From Chiloscyllium plagiosum (Eukaryota), in the NCBI RefSeq assembly GCF_004010195.1, contig NC_057718.1:13268963-13308506 (forward strand): DNA of 39,544 bases, written 5' to 3'. The notes under the pieces are model-generated. The model saw only the letters and a list, made by a program, of their open reading frames with translations, had not been told where the DNA came from and did no database searches. The position numbers and the translations under genes were made by a program. Shown in pieces: positions 22,401 to 33,095 of the stretch. Positions within the stretch are counted from its first letter, which is position 1. Each line of letters starts with the position of its first letter.

Positions 22401-22609
22401 GGAGAAAGTGAGGTCTGCAGATGCTGGAGATCAGAGCTGGAAATGTGTTGCTGAAAAAGCGCAGCAGGTCAGGCAGCATCCAGGGAACAGGAGAATCGAC
22501 GTTTCGGGCATAAGCCCTTCTTCAGGAAGGGCTTATGCCTGAAACGTCGATTCTCCTGTTCCCTGGATGCTGCCTGACCTGCTGCACTTTTCCAGCAACA
22601 CATTTCCAG
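22401..22609. mobile_element. Palindromic PLE-derived insertion (84-bp inverted arms) with 14-15 bp TSD
   Basis: Arms 22437-22520 and 22526-22609 are near-perfect reverse complements. (g)tttaagatcacggt at 22386-22400 and 22609-22623. Confidence 0.92.
22495..22527 (-). ncRNA. Minimal type I hammerhead ribozyme motif with intact core
   Basis: UC-CUGAAGA-A-GGGC-UUAU-GCCC-GAAAC-GUC/GA: conserved CUGANGA and GAAA, 4-bp stem II, palindromic ACGU in place of stem III. Activity untested. Confidence 0.65.
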
Positions 22610-23125
22610 TTTAAGATCACGGTAACTTCCAAGAGTTAAAACGTATCACATTGGAAATTAGTTTGGGACGCATTGTAGAAAATACTTAAAGTGAGATGTG
22701 GTTTATTTGAACACTGCGCATTTGAATGAATCAATTCTTACTCCAACTGATGGGTATCAATTCATTTTGAAGGCAATTTGGTGAAGAAGGAAATTAGACA
22801 CCAATCTTCTACACAATACTAAGTTGACTTACAGAATGCAACATTACAAATGCCTGCCTCCTTCCTAACCAACAGTCAGAGTCCTAGGAGTCTCTCTTTT
22901 TTGTACATCCAGATGCACTTTTAGAATGTTATTTTTCACTCATTTCCAAATAACACTTGGTTCTCTGTCTTTTATTAACCAGCAGCAAATCACCCGCATT
23001 TTCCAATTGATAAATTTACATGCAAAGCCCATTAAGGGCAGTGCAAATCTCTCTTCATATATTTCTCAGAATAATTAAACTCAACTAATCAAACTAAACA
23101 AAATTTAAAGAAAGAGAACCCCTTA

Positions 23126-23465
23126 AAGGGACGGTGACTCAGTGGTTAGCACTGCTGCCTCACAGCGCCAGGGATCTGGGTTTGATTCAATCCACAGGTG
23201 ACTGTCTGTGTGGAGTTTGCACATTCTCCCCATGTCTGCATGTGTTACCTCTAGATGCTTCCGTTTCTTCCCACAGTCCAAAGATGTGCAGGTCAGGTGA
23301 ATTGACCATGCTAAATTGCCCATAGTGTCCAGGGATGTGGAGGCAAGGTGGATTAGCCATGGGAAATGCAGGGTTACAGGGTTAGGGTAGTGGGAGTGAG
23401 TCTGGGAGGGTCAGTGTGGACTCAATGGGCCAAATGGCCTGCCTCCGCACTGTAGGGATTCTACA
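23126..23465 (+). mobile_element. HE1-type SINE
   Basis: acggtgactcagtggttagcactgctgcctcacagcgccaggg ... cactgtagggattcta. Confidence 0.9.
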
Positions 23466-23984
23466 TAATAAAAAATCAAATGTTCATGTTGAACTTACAA
23501 AATGTAAAGATCCTCTTTATATGTGCTCAAGGTACTTAATCAACCAATTCCTCCCCATCTGGATACCCTTAACCTTCCTCATACAATTAAAATAATATTA
23601 ACTATCCCATTTTTCCTGGTAAATTAATGATTTGCTCGCATGATTTACAGGAGATGTGTTAAATGTTGATCCATACTTCTCCCAATTTGTGATCAGTCTA
23701 GGTTTTTAATGTGATAAGAGATATCAATTTGTTTCCATGGAAGCAGCACTAAATTAAGCACACAGATATATCTCCTATATCTCTTCCTTGTTACAATCAC
23801 AAGTGTATATTGCTATAGTCAATTACCCTTCGAAGAATAGATTGTTGATGCGCTGGTGATGACGTTTCCACACTTAACTGAACTTTGGGAGGATGGCTGT
23901 TTTATTATTGAGAATACCATGTGCCACATGGTGCAGGTATTACCTGTGCACGGTGAGAAACTACACAATTACTCTGAGATTTCC

Positions 23985-24220
23985 AATAAGATAGGAGAGG
24001 AGTTAGGCCATACCATCCATTGGGTCTGCTACATCATTCAATGAGACTGTGGCCGATCTGATAACTCTCAACTCCACTTACCTACCTTATCCCAATAACA
24101 CTTAATTCTCTTACTGACGAAAAATTTGTCTATCTCTGTCTTGAATGACCCAGCCTCAACATCTCTCTGTGGTAAAGAATTCCAGAGATTCGCTATCCTC
24201 AGAGAAAATATGTTCCTCTG
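23985..24220 (-). mobile_element. CR1 LINE 3' UTR fragment
   Basis: 'cataag/ataggag..gagttaggccat', 'gtggtaaagaattccagagattc' are reverse complements of the CR1 3' end. Confidence 0.6.
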
Positions 24221-24307
24221 ATGTGCATTGATCATTTTAATTCCTTAACATGGAACTTGTATGACACTTGTTTTTCTATGAGCTGTACACTCTCGCCCTG
24301 TCATATA

Positions 24308-24632
24308 AAATCCCTACAGTTCAGAAAGAGGCCAATCAGCCCATTGAGTCAGCACTAACCCTCTGAAGAGCATTCCAGGCTCATCTTATCCCATGACCCC
24401 AAATCAAACTAGCCTGCACATCCCTGGACACTATGGGTGATTTGGCATGGCTAATCTACCTAGCCTGCACATCTTTGGATTGTGCTAGGAAACCAGAGCA
24501 GCCAGAGGAAACCCAGACAGACACAGGGAGAATTTGCAAACTCCACACAGACAGTCACCCAAAGGTAGAATTGAACCTGGGTCTCTGGCGCTGTGAGGCA
24601 GCAGTGCTAACCACTGAGCCAACCTGCTGCCC
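24308..24632 (-). mobile_element. HE1-type SINE
   Basis: aatccctacagt ... gcaaactccacacagacagtc ... gcagtgctaaccactgagcc. Confidence 0.88.
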
Positions 24633-25011
24633 TTTGCAGTCTATTCAACTCAGATGCAAGGCCCAGTTAGTATTGACAACACTTTCACCAGCTCGAACAT
24701 CAGCTTCTCCACCACAGTGGCTGTTCCACTCACCAGATTTATGTTTTATATGTGCAGCTTTTACATGTGTAAGTTACAGATAAATAACTTCATCATTTGA
24801 TGTATTCTGTACATTCACTGCGACAGTCAGGGAATATAAAATCTCTTACTTAGAACAATTTGAGGGTTTGAACAGAAAAAATGTATCTGAAACAACCAAA
24901 AGGTGTCAGCTTTACTCAGAGATTGAGGGTTTGGTGTAATAGTCAAAGCTGTCACGTCTGAGTAGTAAGAATGAATTTGGAGGTGTTGTGTTTTGGACTG
25001 TTCTGTTAGAC

Positions 25012-25110
25012 ATCTGAAGCTAAAATAAAAAGTGCTGGAGAAATTCAGCGGGTCTGGCAGCATCTGTAGGGAGAGAAACAGAGTTAACTTCTTGAGTTCA
25101 GTGTGACCCA
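25012..25110 (-). mobile_element. Short PLE-derived fragment
   Basis: 'gtgctggagaaattcagcgggtctggcagcatctgtagggagagaaacagagttaac..gagttcagtgtgaccc' ends in HHR stem II. Confidence 0.7.
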
Positions 25111-25919
25111 GTGGGAGCATGATGGGCCGAATGGCCAACTTCCCACTGTAACAATTCTGAGACTTTTAATTGCGCATAGTGTAGGTTAATTGGTGTTGAG
25201 GCGATATAATGTGTGTGTGTGATATTGAGAAAGGGAATCGAAAAATTGTAAAGCAGCTTGTTTTCAAAGGAGGAATGTTGTTCAGGTAGGAGTGAGATTT
25301 ATGACTTTAGATTATTAAGAGGCACAGAAAACACAGATGCAAGTAAGTTATTAACTGTGAGTTCAGAATTAAAAGTTCAAAGGTTCCAAATTAACAAGCT
25401 TTGAACAAGATTAGGGATTGGAAAATCAAGTGCACCCACACAGTGTAGCTAGTTGGTGAAAACTCCCACTGAAAGTATGCAACATTGCATTAAACATTTC
25501 CTTCAAAGGAAAGTTGGTTAAACATATGATAGGAATGAAATTGAAGGTTACACAGTACAATTATAGACTGAGATAAAATATGTCATAAAGAATGATGGTT
25601 TCAGTCCTGTGGGGAAGGAGAGGGTGTGTTTGAAGGGCACAAGCTTATTTCAATCCTGTGAGCATCGTGAACACTGTTTAACCACTTGGGTGCCTTCAGG
25701 CACATAGAAGATATTCATTAAAGTTGAAAAACCATGTCAGATATTAACTGAGGCACAACTGGCCATAATTTAAAAAGCAAAACCTGCATTCAAACTTTCT
25801 GGTTGGAGGTACCTGCTTAGCGATGGCTGGAGAGCTGCTCTCATCTGCAGAATGGGTGGTGGGAGTAAGGACAGTGGGGAGAAGACTGAGGAAGAGAAAA
25901 TAAAGTTTAAAAAGTAAAG

Positions 25920-26065
25920 TTGATCAAATTGCGTCCATCATACTCTTGGATGCTTTGTAGCCGGTGAAGAACTTTAGATGTACAGTTGCTGTCGTTGAAA
26001 ATGCAGGATCTAACTTGTGCATAGCAAGATCCCACATGCAGCAACATGATAAAGGCCAGGGTTTT
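25920..26065 (-). mobile_element. Deu-core SINE 3' fragment
   Basis: Reverse complement matches 38640-38770 (ttgctg..tgtgggatcttgct.tgcacaa..., aaagt.cttca..ggct). Confidence 0.6.
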
Positions 26066-26789
26066 CTTTTGTAATTTGGTTGGGGGAAATGAAGCAGGGC
26101 AGTGCAAAGCAGCAAACTTTAACTTATTCTAGATGGACGGGTAAATATTAGGGTAACAAAGTCACTCTTGATGCTGTGTTTCTGTAACTGAAGTCTTATT
26201 TTCGACACAAGCTGCAAAGAAAATGTTTCCCACCTCTGCCAGCCCCTGCATGTCCTGCTGAGTGAGATGAACAGCAGTAACACATAAAGCCCACAATCTG
26301 CGTGACAGCAGAAAGGAGTACCAGACACACTGTACACCTTCACGCTACAATTCTGCATCAGGTATTTCTTCAACTGTCAGGCCTTCCTCCATATTTATCT
26401 GTTTCTTTCCAGGGACTTTGATCTTTGAATAATAACGACAGAGTAATTATAAATCTTGTGGGAGTGACGTATGAACATGACAGCTGTACTTCATGAATGA
26501 GTGATCAAACATTGCTGCAAATATGTTGCTCAGCCAATTTGAGGTCAATGTTTCTTTGTTACTACTATACACTTAGGGTCAGCCAAGTTCATTTGGATGC
26601 TTTATCACATGACTCTTGCGTCCAACCAAGTCAAGCAGCTTGGTTTTCCCAGCTCTTGTCATTTTTATATAACAAATAAATTAAAGTATTTAAAGAAATT
26701 GAAAACCAAATGCCCTGTTGAAGGTTTTTCTCTTTGATTTCTGTATTTGAGATGGGGCTCGGACAGTCTCTCCACTGGCTGTAAGTCAC

Positions 26790-27180
26790 AATATTCTAGG
26801 GTCAAGTTCCACTTCAGGGCTTGAGCCCAAAAGGTTGTTGTTACAGTGCAGTTCTGAAGGAGTGCTGCGCTGTCAGACGTGCCGTCTTTTGAATGAGATG
26901 TTAAACTGAAGCCACCTCTGCATGTTTGGGGGAAGGTATCAGAGTCCATGGCACGACTTTGAAGAAGAACACGGAGTTATCTGCAGTGACTTGGCCTAAC
27001 ACTCATTCTAGAATTAACATGACCAAAAAAGATAAACCGGTCATTTCTACATACTGTTCAGAAACTTGAATGCTTCATTTCCTACAACATAGCAGTAATC
27101 CATTGATTCAAATGTACTTCATTGACCATAAACTGCTTGGAGATATTGGGTGGTTGTAAAATGCTTTACATAAATTATTT
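26790..27180 (+). mobile_element. Deu-core SINE (SacSINE1/AmnSINE1-related)
   Basis: Deu-like core gtgcagttctgaaggagtgctgcgctgtcagacgtgccgtcttttgaatgagatgttaaactga ... ccatggcacgactttgaagaaga; L2-like tail tgtaaaatgctttacataaat. Confidence 0.75.
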
Positions 27181-27184
27181 TTTA

Positions 27185-27536
27185 AAAAATTTATTCATAG
27201 AACCTGTGCATTACTGGCTAGGACAGCATTTATTGCCCATCTCTAATTATCCTTAAGAAGGTGGTGGTAGCTACCTGCTTAAACTGTTGGGGCTACATGT
27301 GTTAAAGGGACACCCAATGTGCAGTTACAGAGGGAGCTCCAGGTTTTTGACCCAGTGACACTGAAGGAATGGTGACATATAACCAAGTCAGGATCGTGTG
27401 TGATGTAGAGGGGAACTTGGGGATGGTGGTGTTCCCAAATATCTGCAGCTATTGTCCTTCTAGATATTAGAGATGTTTGTGTTGTAGTGTGCTTTCAAAA
27501 CAGCCTCAGTGAGTAGCTGTGGTGCATCATGTAGTT
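27185..27536 (-). mobile_element. CR1-group LINE 3' end; probable partner of SINE family B
   Basis: Minus strand gives SFSVTGSKTWSSL (WNSLP-like) and FKQVATTTF, then gatgggcaataaatgctgtcctagccag, the tail shared with family B. Confidence 0.75.
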
Positions 27537-28620
27537 GATGTCGCTGTGGGTTGGTACACACTGATATCGCTGTGGGTTGGTACTCACTGATGTCACTATG
27601 GATTGGTACACACTGATATCGCTGTGGGTTGGTACACACTGATGTCACTGTGGGTTGGTACACACTGATATCGCTGTGGGTTGGTACACACTGATGTTGC
27701 TGTGGGTTTGTACACACCGATGTCACTGTGGGTTGGTACACACTGATGTCGCTGTGGGTTAGTACACACTGATATCGCTGTGGGTTGGTACACACTGATG
27801 TCACTGTGGATTGGTACACACTGATATCGCTGTGGGTTGGTACACATCGATGTCACTGAGGGTTGGTACACAGTGATATCGCTGTGGGTTGGTACACACT
27901 GATGGCACTGTGGGTTGGTACACACTGATATCGCTGTGGGTTGGTACACACCGATGTCACTGTGGGTTGGTACACCCTGATGTCACTGTGGGTTGGTACA
28001 CATTGATGTCGCTGTGGGTTGGTACACACTGATGTCGCTGTGGGTTGGTACACACTGATGTCGCTGTGGGTTGGTACACCCTGATGTCGCTGTGGGTTGG
28101 TACACACTGATGTCACTGTGGGTTGGTACACACTGATGTCACTGTGGGTTGGTACACACTGATATCGCTGTGGGTTGGTACACACCGATATCACTGAGGG
28201 TTGGTACACCCTGATGTCGCTGTGGGTTGGTACACACTGATGTCAATGTGGGTTGGTACACACTGATATCGCTGTGGGTTGGTACACACCGATGTCACTG
28301 TGGGTTGGTACACCCTGATGTCGCTGTGGGTTGGTACACATTGATGTCGCTGTGGGGGTTGGTACACACTGATGTCGCTGTGGGTTGGTACACACTGATA
28401 TCACTGTGCGTTGGTACACACTGATATCGCTGTGGGTTGGTACACACCGATGTCAATGTGGGTTGGTACACACTGATGTCACTGTGGGTTGGTACACAGT
28501 GATATCGCTGTGGGTTGGTACACACTGATATTGCTGTGGGTTGGTACACAGTGATATCACTGTGGGTTGGTACACAGTGATATCGCTGTGGGTTGGTACA
28601 CACTGATATCGCTGTGGGTT
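27537..28620. repeat. 26-bp minisatellite, ~41-42 copies
   Basis: Head-to-tail unit gatRtcRctgtgggttggtacacact with point variants and one 2-bp insertion near 28355; no spacers. Confidence 0.98.
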
Positions 28621-29149
28621 GTTGGTGCAACTGTCAAGAACCAGGTCAATCATCTCTGTCCCCATCAGGATCTTGTACAAAACTAATTTGTTTCTCCACC
28701 CAGAGACCATGTGACGCAATCAGGTTTCATTTACCACTATCCTACTGTCCCTGGGTCTCTGACTTCACAGTCTGGAGATTGCAGAATTCTTCCCAAAAGC
28801 CATTTTGTTCTGATTGGGAAGATTGGCAAATCTCCAGCTGAAGCTTGTTGATCTTGATTCTTATTATCTGTAAATCATTTCTCTCTGGAAGATCAGTTAT
28901 CTCGTAGATGTCCTTTCTGGAGGATAGTGTTCCTGCTGAACTCAGTAGTCGGTCCATTAACTCTTCCAGAGGACTCTAATTTCCTTAATTGCAGGTGAAC
29001 TCTTCACTGCTAACCTTGAGGAGATTTCCCATACCATCATCTTGGGGGGGGCAAGTGACCTCTAATGTCCTGAATGTCCGTCATGGAAGATGGCTGCTCC
29101 ATTAAAACAAAAATAGAGATTGGATAGGGTGGGATTGTTTTCCCTACAG

Positions 29150-29713
29150 CACAGGCCTTTTCTGGAGTACTGTGTGCAGTTCTGGTCACCTTGTTAAAGC
29201 AAAGGTATTATTAAACTGGAGACGATCTGAAAGGATTTACCAGTATGTTGCCAGGAATGGAGGGCTTGAGATACAAAAATAGACTGGAAAGGCTGGGACT
29301 TTTTTCACTGGAGTGTAGGAGATTGAAGGGTGACCTTATTGAGATTTATAAAATCATGAGGGGCATGTATAAGGTGAATGACAAGGGTCTTTTCCCGAGG
29401 ACGGGGGAGTTCAAAACTGGGGGCATATTTTTAAGGTGAGAGGAGAAAGATTTAAAAAGGACATGAGGGATAACCTTTTTACACAGAAAGTCGTTTGTGT
29501 GTGGAATGAACTGACAGGGGAAGTGATGGCCGTGGAGACAGTTACAACATTTAAAAGACATTTGGATAACTTCATGAATAGGAAATGCTTGAAGGGATAT
29601 GGGCCAAAGGCAGGTGGGTGGGACTAGTTTAGTTTAGGAACTTGGTCAACATGGACTGGTTGGACCGAAGGGTCTGTTTCCTGCTGTATGACTCTATGAC
29701 TCCGACTCTATGA
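29150..29713 (+). mobile_element. CR1/HER1 LINE 3' fragment
   Basis: LEYCVQFWSP, MLPGMEGLRYKNRLERLGLFSLECRRLKGDLIEIYKIM, VWNEL; tail (tatgactc)n. Confidence 0.92.
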
Positions 29714-29729
29714 CAAAGGGAATTGAGAA

Positions 29730-30692
29730 GGATGTGACGGAAATATGGAATGTAAGTTTGCTCATTGAGCTAGAAGGTTTGTTTTCAGACATTACGTCAC
29801 CCTACTAGGTAACATCATCAGTGAGCCTCCGAATTAAGCACTGGTGGCATGGCCAACTTTTTAGTTGTGTATTTAGGTTTTCTTGGGTCGGTGATGTCAT
29901 TTCCTGTGGTGATGTCATTTCTTGTTATTTTTCTCAGGGGTGGTAAATGGGATCCAAGTCAATGTGTTTGTTGATAGAGTTCTGGTTGGAATGCCACGCT
30001 TCTAGGAATTCTTGTGCATGGCTTTGTTTGATTTGTCCTTCCTCATCAATATGTAAAGATAAGAGTGAGAGTGGATCATGTCTTTTTGTGGCTAGTTTTC
30101 TGCCTGTTTGTCCAATGTGGTGTTTGTTCCAGTTCTTGCAAGGTATCTTGTTAATGACATTAGTTATGCTTGTTGTCTGTATAGGGTCTTTCAAATTCAT
30201 TAGCTGCTGTTTTAGCGTGTTGTTGGGTTTGTGGGCTGCCATGATGTCAAGTGGTCTGAGTAGGCTGGTAGTCATGTCCGAGATGTCTTTGATGTAGAGG
30301 AGCGTGGCTAGGTTTTCTGGACACATTTTGTCTGCTTGTTTGGGTTTGTTGCTGAGAAATCGGTGGACTGTGTTCATTGGGTACCTGTCCTTTTTGAATA
30401 CACTGTATAGGTGATTTTTCTCTGCTCTGCATAATTCCTCTGTGCTGCAGTGTGTGATGGCTCATTGAAATAATGTTCTAATGCAGCTTTGTTTGTGGGT
30501 GTTGGGATGATGCTTCTGTAGTTCAGTATTTGGTCTGTATGTGTTGTTTTCCTGTAGACGCTGGTTTGAAGTTCCCCATTGGCTGTTTGCTCTACTGTGA
30601 CACCTAGGAATGGCAGTTTGTTGTTGTTTTCCTCCTCTTCAGTGAATTTTATGCCAGTACGGGTATTATTGATGGCTTTGAAGGTTTCCTCT
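29730..30692 (-). mobile_element. Penelope-like element: RT C-terminus, GIY-YIG endonuclease and pseudo-LTR with HHR; pseudogenised
   Basis: IKFTEEEENNKLPFLGV...VYRKTTHTDQILNY (PLE RT thumb); NVINKIPCKNWNKHHIGQTGRKLAT...EFLEAWHS...INKH (GIY-YIG). Frameshifts and deletions present. Confidence 0.92.
29785..29824 (-). ncRNA. Hammerhead ribozyme motif in the PLE pseudo-LTR, core mutated
   Basis: UCA-CUGAUGA-U-GUUACC-uaguag-GGUGAC-GUAAU-GUC/UGA: stem I UCA/UGA and a 6-bp stem II; GAAAC has changed to GUAAU. Confidence 0.65.
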
Positions 30693-31050
30693 TGGATATG
30701 TATAAAATGATGAAAGGCATAGATAGGGCAGATAAGAAGGAAATTTTCCCCTTGATGGAGGGTTCAGTGATCGGGGGCACAGACAGAAGGGAAGGGGCAG
30801 GAGGTTTTACAGGAGATGTGAGGCAAACCTTTTCACCCAGAGGCTGGTATCAGGAGTTCACTGTCTGTAAGGATGGTAGAGGTAGAAAACCTCATAACGT
30901 TTAAGAAGCATTTAGATGTGCACTTGCAAAGCCAAGACTATGGGCCAAGCTCTGGAAAATGGGATTAGAATGGTAAGGTGGTTGATTTTGACCAGCACCG
31001 GTGCGATGGGCCCAAGGGTGGTTTTGTTGTGCTGTAGGTCTGTATCTGTA
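30693..31050 (+). mobile_element. CR1 LINE 3' fragment
   Basis: DMYKMMKGIDRADKKEIFPLMEGS; 3' UTR ...atgggcccaaggg..ttttgttgtgctgt. Confidence 0.8.
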
Positions 31051-31231
31051 AGTATTTTCTTTCATATAGTCTTCTGGTTTTCTGGAGTAGGCAATTCTTT
31101 TGAAGATTTTGCAGAATCCTGAATGTTCAGACAAGGCAATGTTACTTTTTTTGACCATGTCCTGAATCTGTGGTCATCAGCTTGGCTTCCATGGTGTCAT
31201 ATGTAGCTCATCTCCACATCAGTGTAATGTC

Positions 31232-31345
31232 TTATTTGAATAAAGGGTGGCACCTCCGACACTGCTGCACCTTCTCAGTATTGCATGAGAGGTGTCAGCC
31301 TAGATTTGTGCTCAGGTCTTGTAAACACTGAATCAAGACAGGATG
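31232..31345 (-). mobile_element. Deu-core SINE fragment
   Basis: Reverse complement gacctgagcacaaatctaggctgaca...gcaatactgagaaggtgcagcagtgtcggaggtgcc matches 26815-26900 and 38440-38490. Confidence 0.65.
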
Positions 31346-31426
31346 TGGTACCTGAGAGAAGGTATTGCTTAGGCTGCTCTGTAATCCCAGCCAAAGGCTT
31401 GTTCACAAGATACAAAATATGAACAG

Positions 31427-31488
31427 GATTCTCCTGCTCGTTGGATGCTGCCTGACCTGCTGTGTTTTTCCGGCACCCCACTCTTGAC
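31427..31488 (+). mobile_element. 62-bp PLE-derived insertion with ~15-bp TSD, starting at the predicted HHR cleavage site
   Basis: acaaaatatgaacag (31412-31426) and acagaaaatgaacag (31489-31503). The insert begins gattctcctgctc. Confidence 0.75.
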
Positions 31489-31504
31489 ACAGAAAATGAA
31501 CAGC

Positions 31505-33095
31505 AGTGGATTGCATATCAACAGAATCAATGATCTCAGAATCATTTACTTTTACCCATCCAAGAAAAAAAGATTTCTGCACATCATTAGGGACTAAAAG
31601 GGCCGTTGAGAATAACAAATACATTTTGTCAACACTCTTGTCTTTTCACATTCTAATCACAAAATGGATCTAGAAGTGAAGGACTGATGTGCACATCACA
31701 ATCTCTGGCATTACATAATTTAAAATAGAAAACTGCCATATTTTATTGGAAGTTATTCAGATGAAAATCTCATTAAACCATAGATCTGGCTCATCCCTTT
31801 AAGATCCTAATTGCTCTCAATCTTCCTGGCCCTAAACTCATTGGATCAAACTTCCCCAGTCCACCTTGTACCTCCCTAAACACTTCAAGCTCACCCTTAC
31901 TCACCATCAGATCCATCCTTTGCATTTAGATGAGGGTTGTTGAGGGTTTCCAGTTGCTAGGAAGTGTATTGCCCTTTCAGCAATAAAGGCATTTGGGTAA
32001 ATGAGAATTAAATAAATTAAGATTGAATGAATCAGAAAGATGGGATTTAAGAAATTGCAAATATATGGATTCAATTCCTCCGATCTGCCTCCTTAGATTA
32101 AAGATATTGGAATTTGGAAAGTTGTTTAGACCATTGAGCCTGCTTCATCATGGCTGACCATGGCTGTGGTCTCAATTTCATTTTCCTGCCCGGTCCCCAT
32201 AAACCTTCACTGTTTTGTCTGTCAACAACCTGTTTCCAACTCATTCTTCATACCATGAGAGAATATTTTCAATGCTGAAAGTCTGAAATAAATGTCAAGA
32301 GACAAAGGAATGGGGTGGGAGTAATTTTTTTTTGAGTTTGTGTTACTGCCAGGTGCTGGCTGTGCCTTTAGTTATGAAGAACACAGCTGCCCGGCCCTGA
32401 TCTTTCATCTTTTAAAATCAGTCGTTGTAAACTTTGAGGACACCGTGGCCTTAATTCTGCAACAGGTAAAGCAGGTGGGTGAAGCTCCCCACTGTAAATC
32501 AACCCGTAGGTAGCTTAACATTTCAGATGCTGGTCCAATTTCAGACCTTGCAGTCCCTTAACCCAAAGTGTTGGCACACTATTTCCCCTTTCCAAAGGTT
32601 GTGCTGTCTCTATCCAGCATTTCTGTTTCTCTTTAGGTGGATAGCATTGGTAAAAATATCCACGAGAACCATTCCCCTTATGACTGGCCAAGTCTTTAAT
32701 GTGAAAGAAAAATTGAGCACAAACTCATTTAATCTTTCAGATGCTATGAAACTAGAAAGATGCCATCAGTAATTGAACTTAGGCACTGTTGCACTTGAAT
32801 CCAGCAAAATATTAAGATTACGCTTGATTCTCTTGTCAAATAACTTCAAGAAGAAGCTTTACTTGTAAGCAAGTGTGGGAAGACTCCACTGTAAAAGCTG
32901 CTTGAGTTGGCCGTCTCAGTGGCCTGGATTGCTTACCAACAGAATCAGCAATCTCAGAATTCCTTACTTTTACCCATCCAATATAAAAAAAATTCTGCAC
33001 ATCATCAGGGACTACAAGGGGCATTTACAAATACATTTATTGACAAATACATTTCGCATTCTAATCACAAAATGAATCTAGAAATGAAGGACGAG
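31505..33095 (+). repeat. Two diverged direct copies of a ~170-180 bp segment (~31507-31685 and ~32927-33093)
   Basis: Shared blocks tggattgc..caacagaatca..atctcagaat..ttacttttacccatccaa..ttctgcacatcat.agggacta..cattctaatcacaaaatg.atctagaa.tgaaggac. Confidence 0.9.

Noticed and set aside
22437..22609. DNA-transposon MITE or miRNA gene
   Set aside because: The arms match PLE ends found singly elsewhere, the insert is asymmetric (36 extra bp on the left), and a 14-15 bp TSD does not fit typical cut-and-paste families.
27537..28620. CRISPR-like array
   Set aside because: Units are head-to-tail without unique spacers, there are no cas genes, and the context is vertebrate.
27460..28719. Cys/Thr-rich repeat ORFs (VCTNPQRYQCVPTHSDISVYQPT)
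   Set aside because: Translation of a 26-bp unit cycling through frames, with stops and a frameshift; no splice or start context.
29934..30377. Functional or domesticated GIY-YIG nuclease
   Set aside because: Motif residues are mutated (NVIN, HHIG), there are internal deletions, and the upstream RT is frameshifted.
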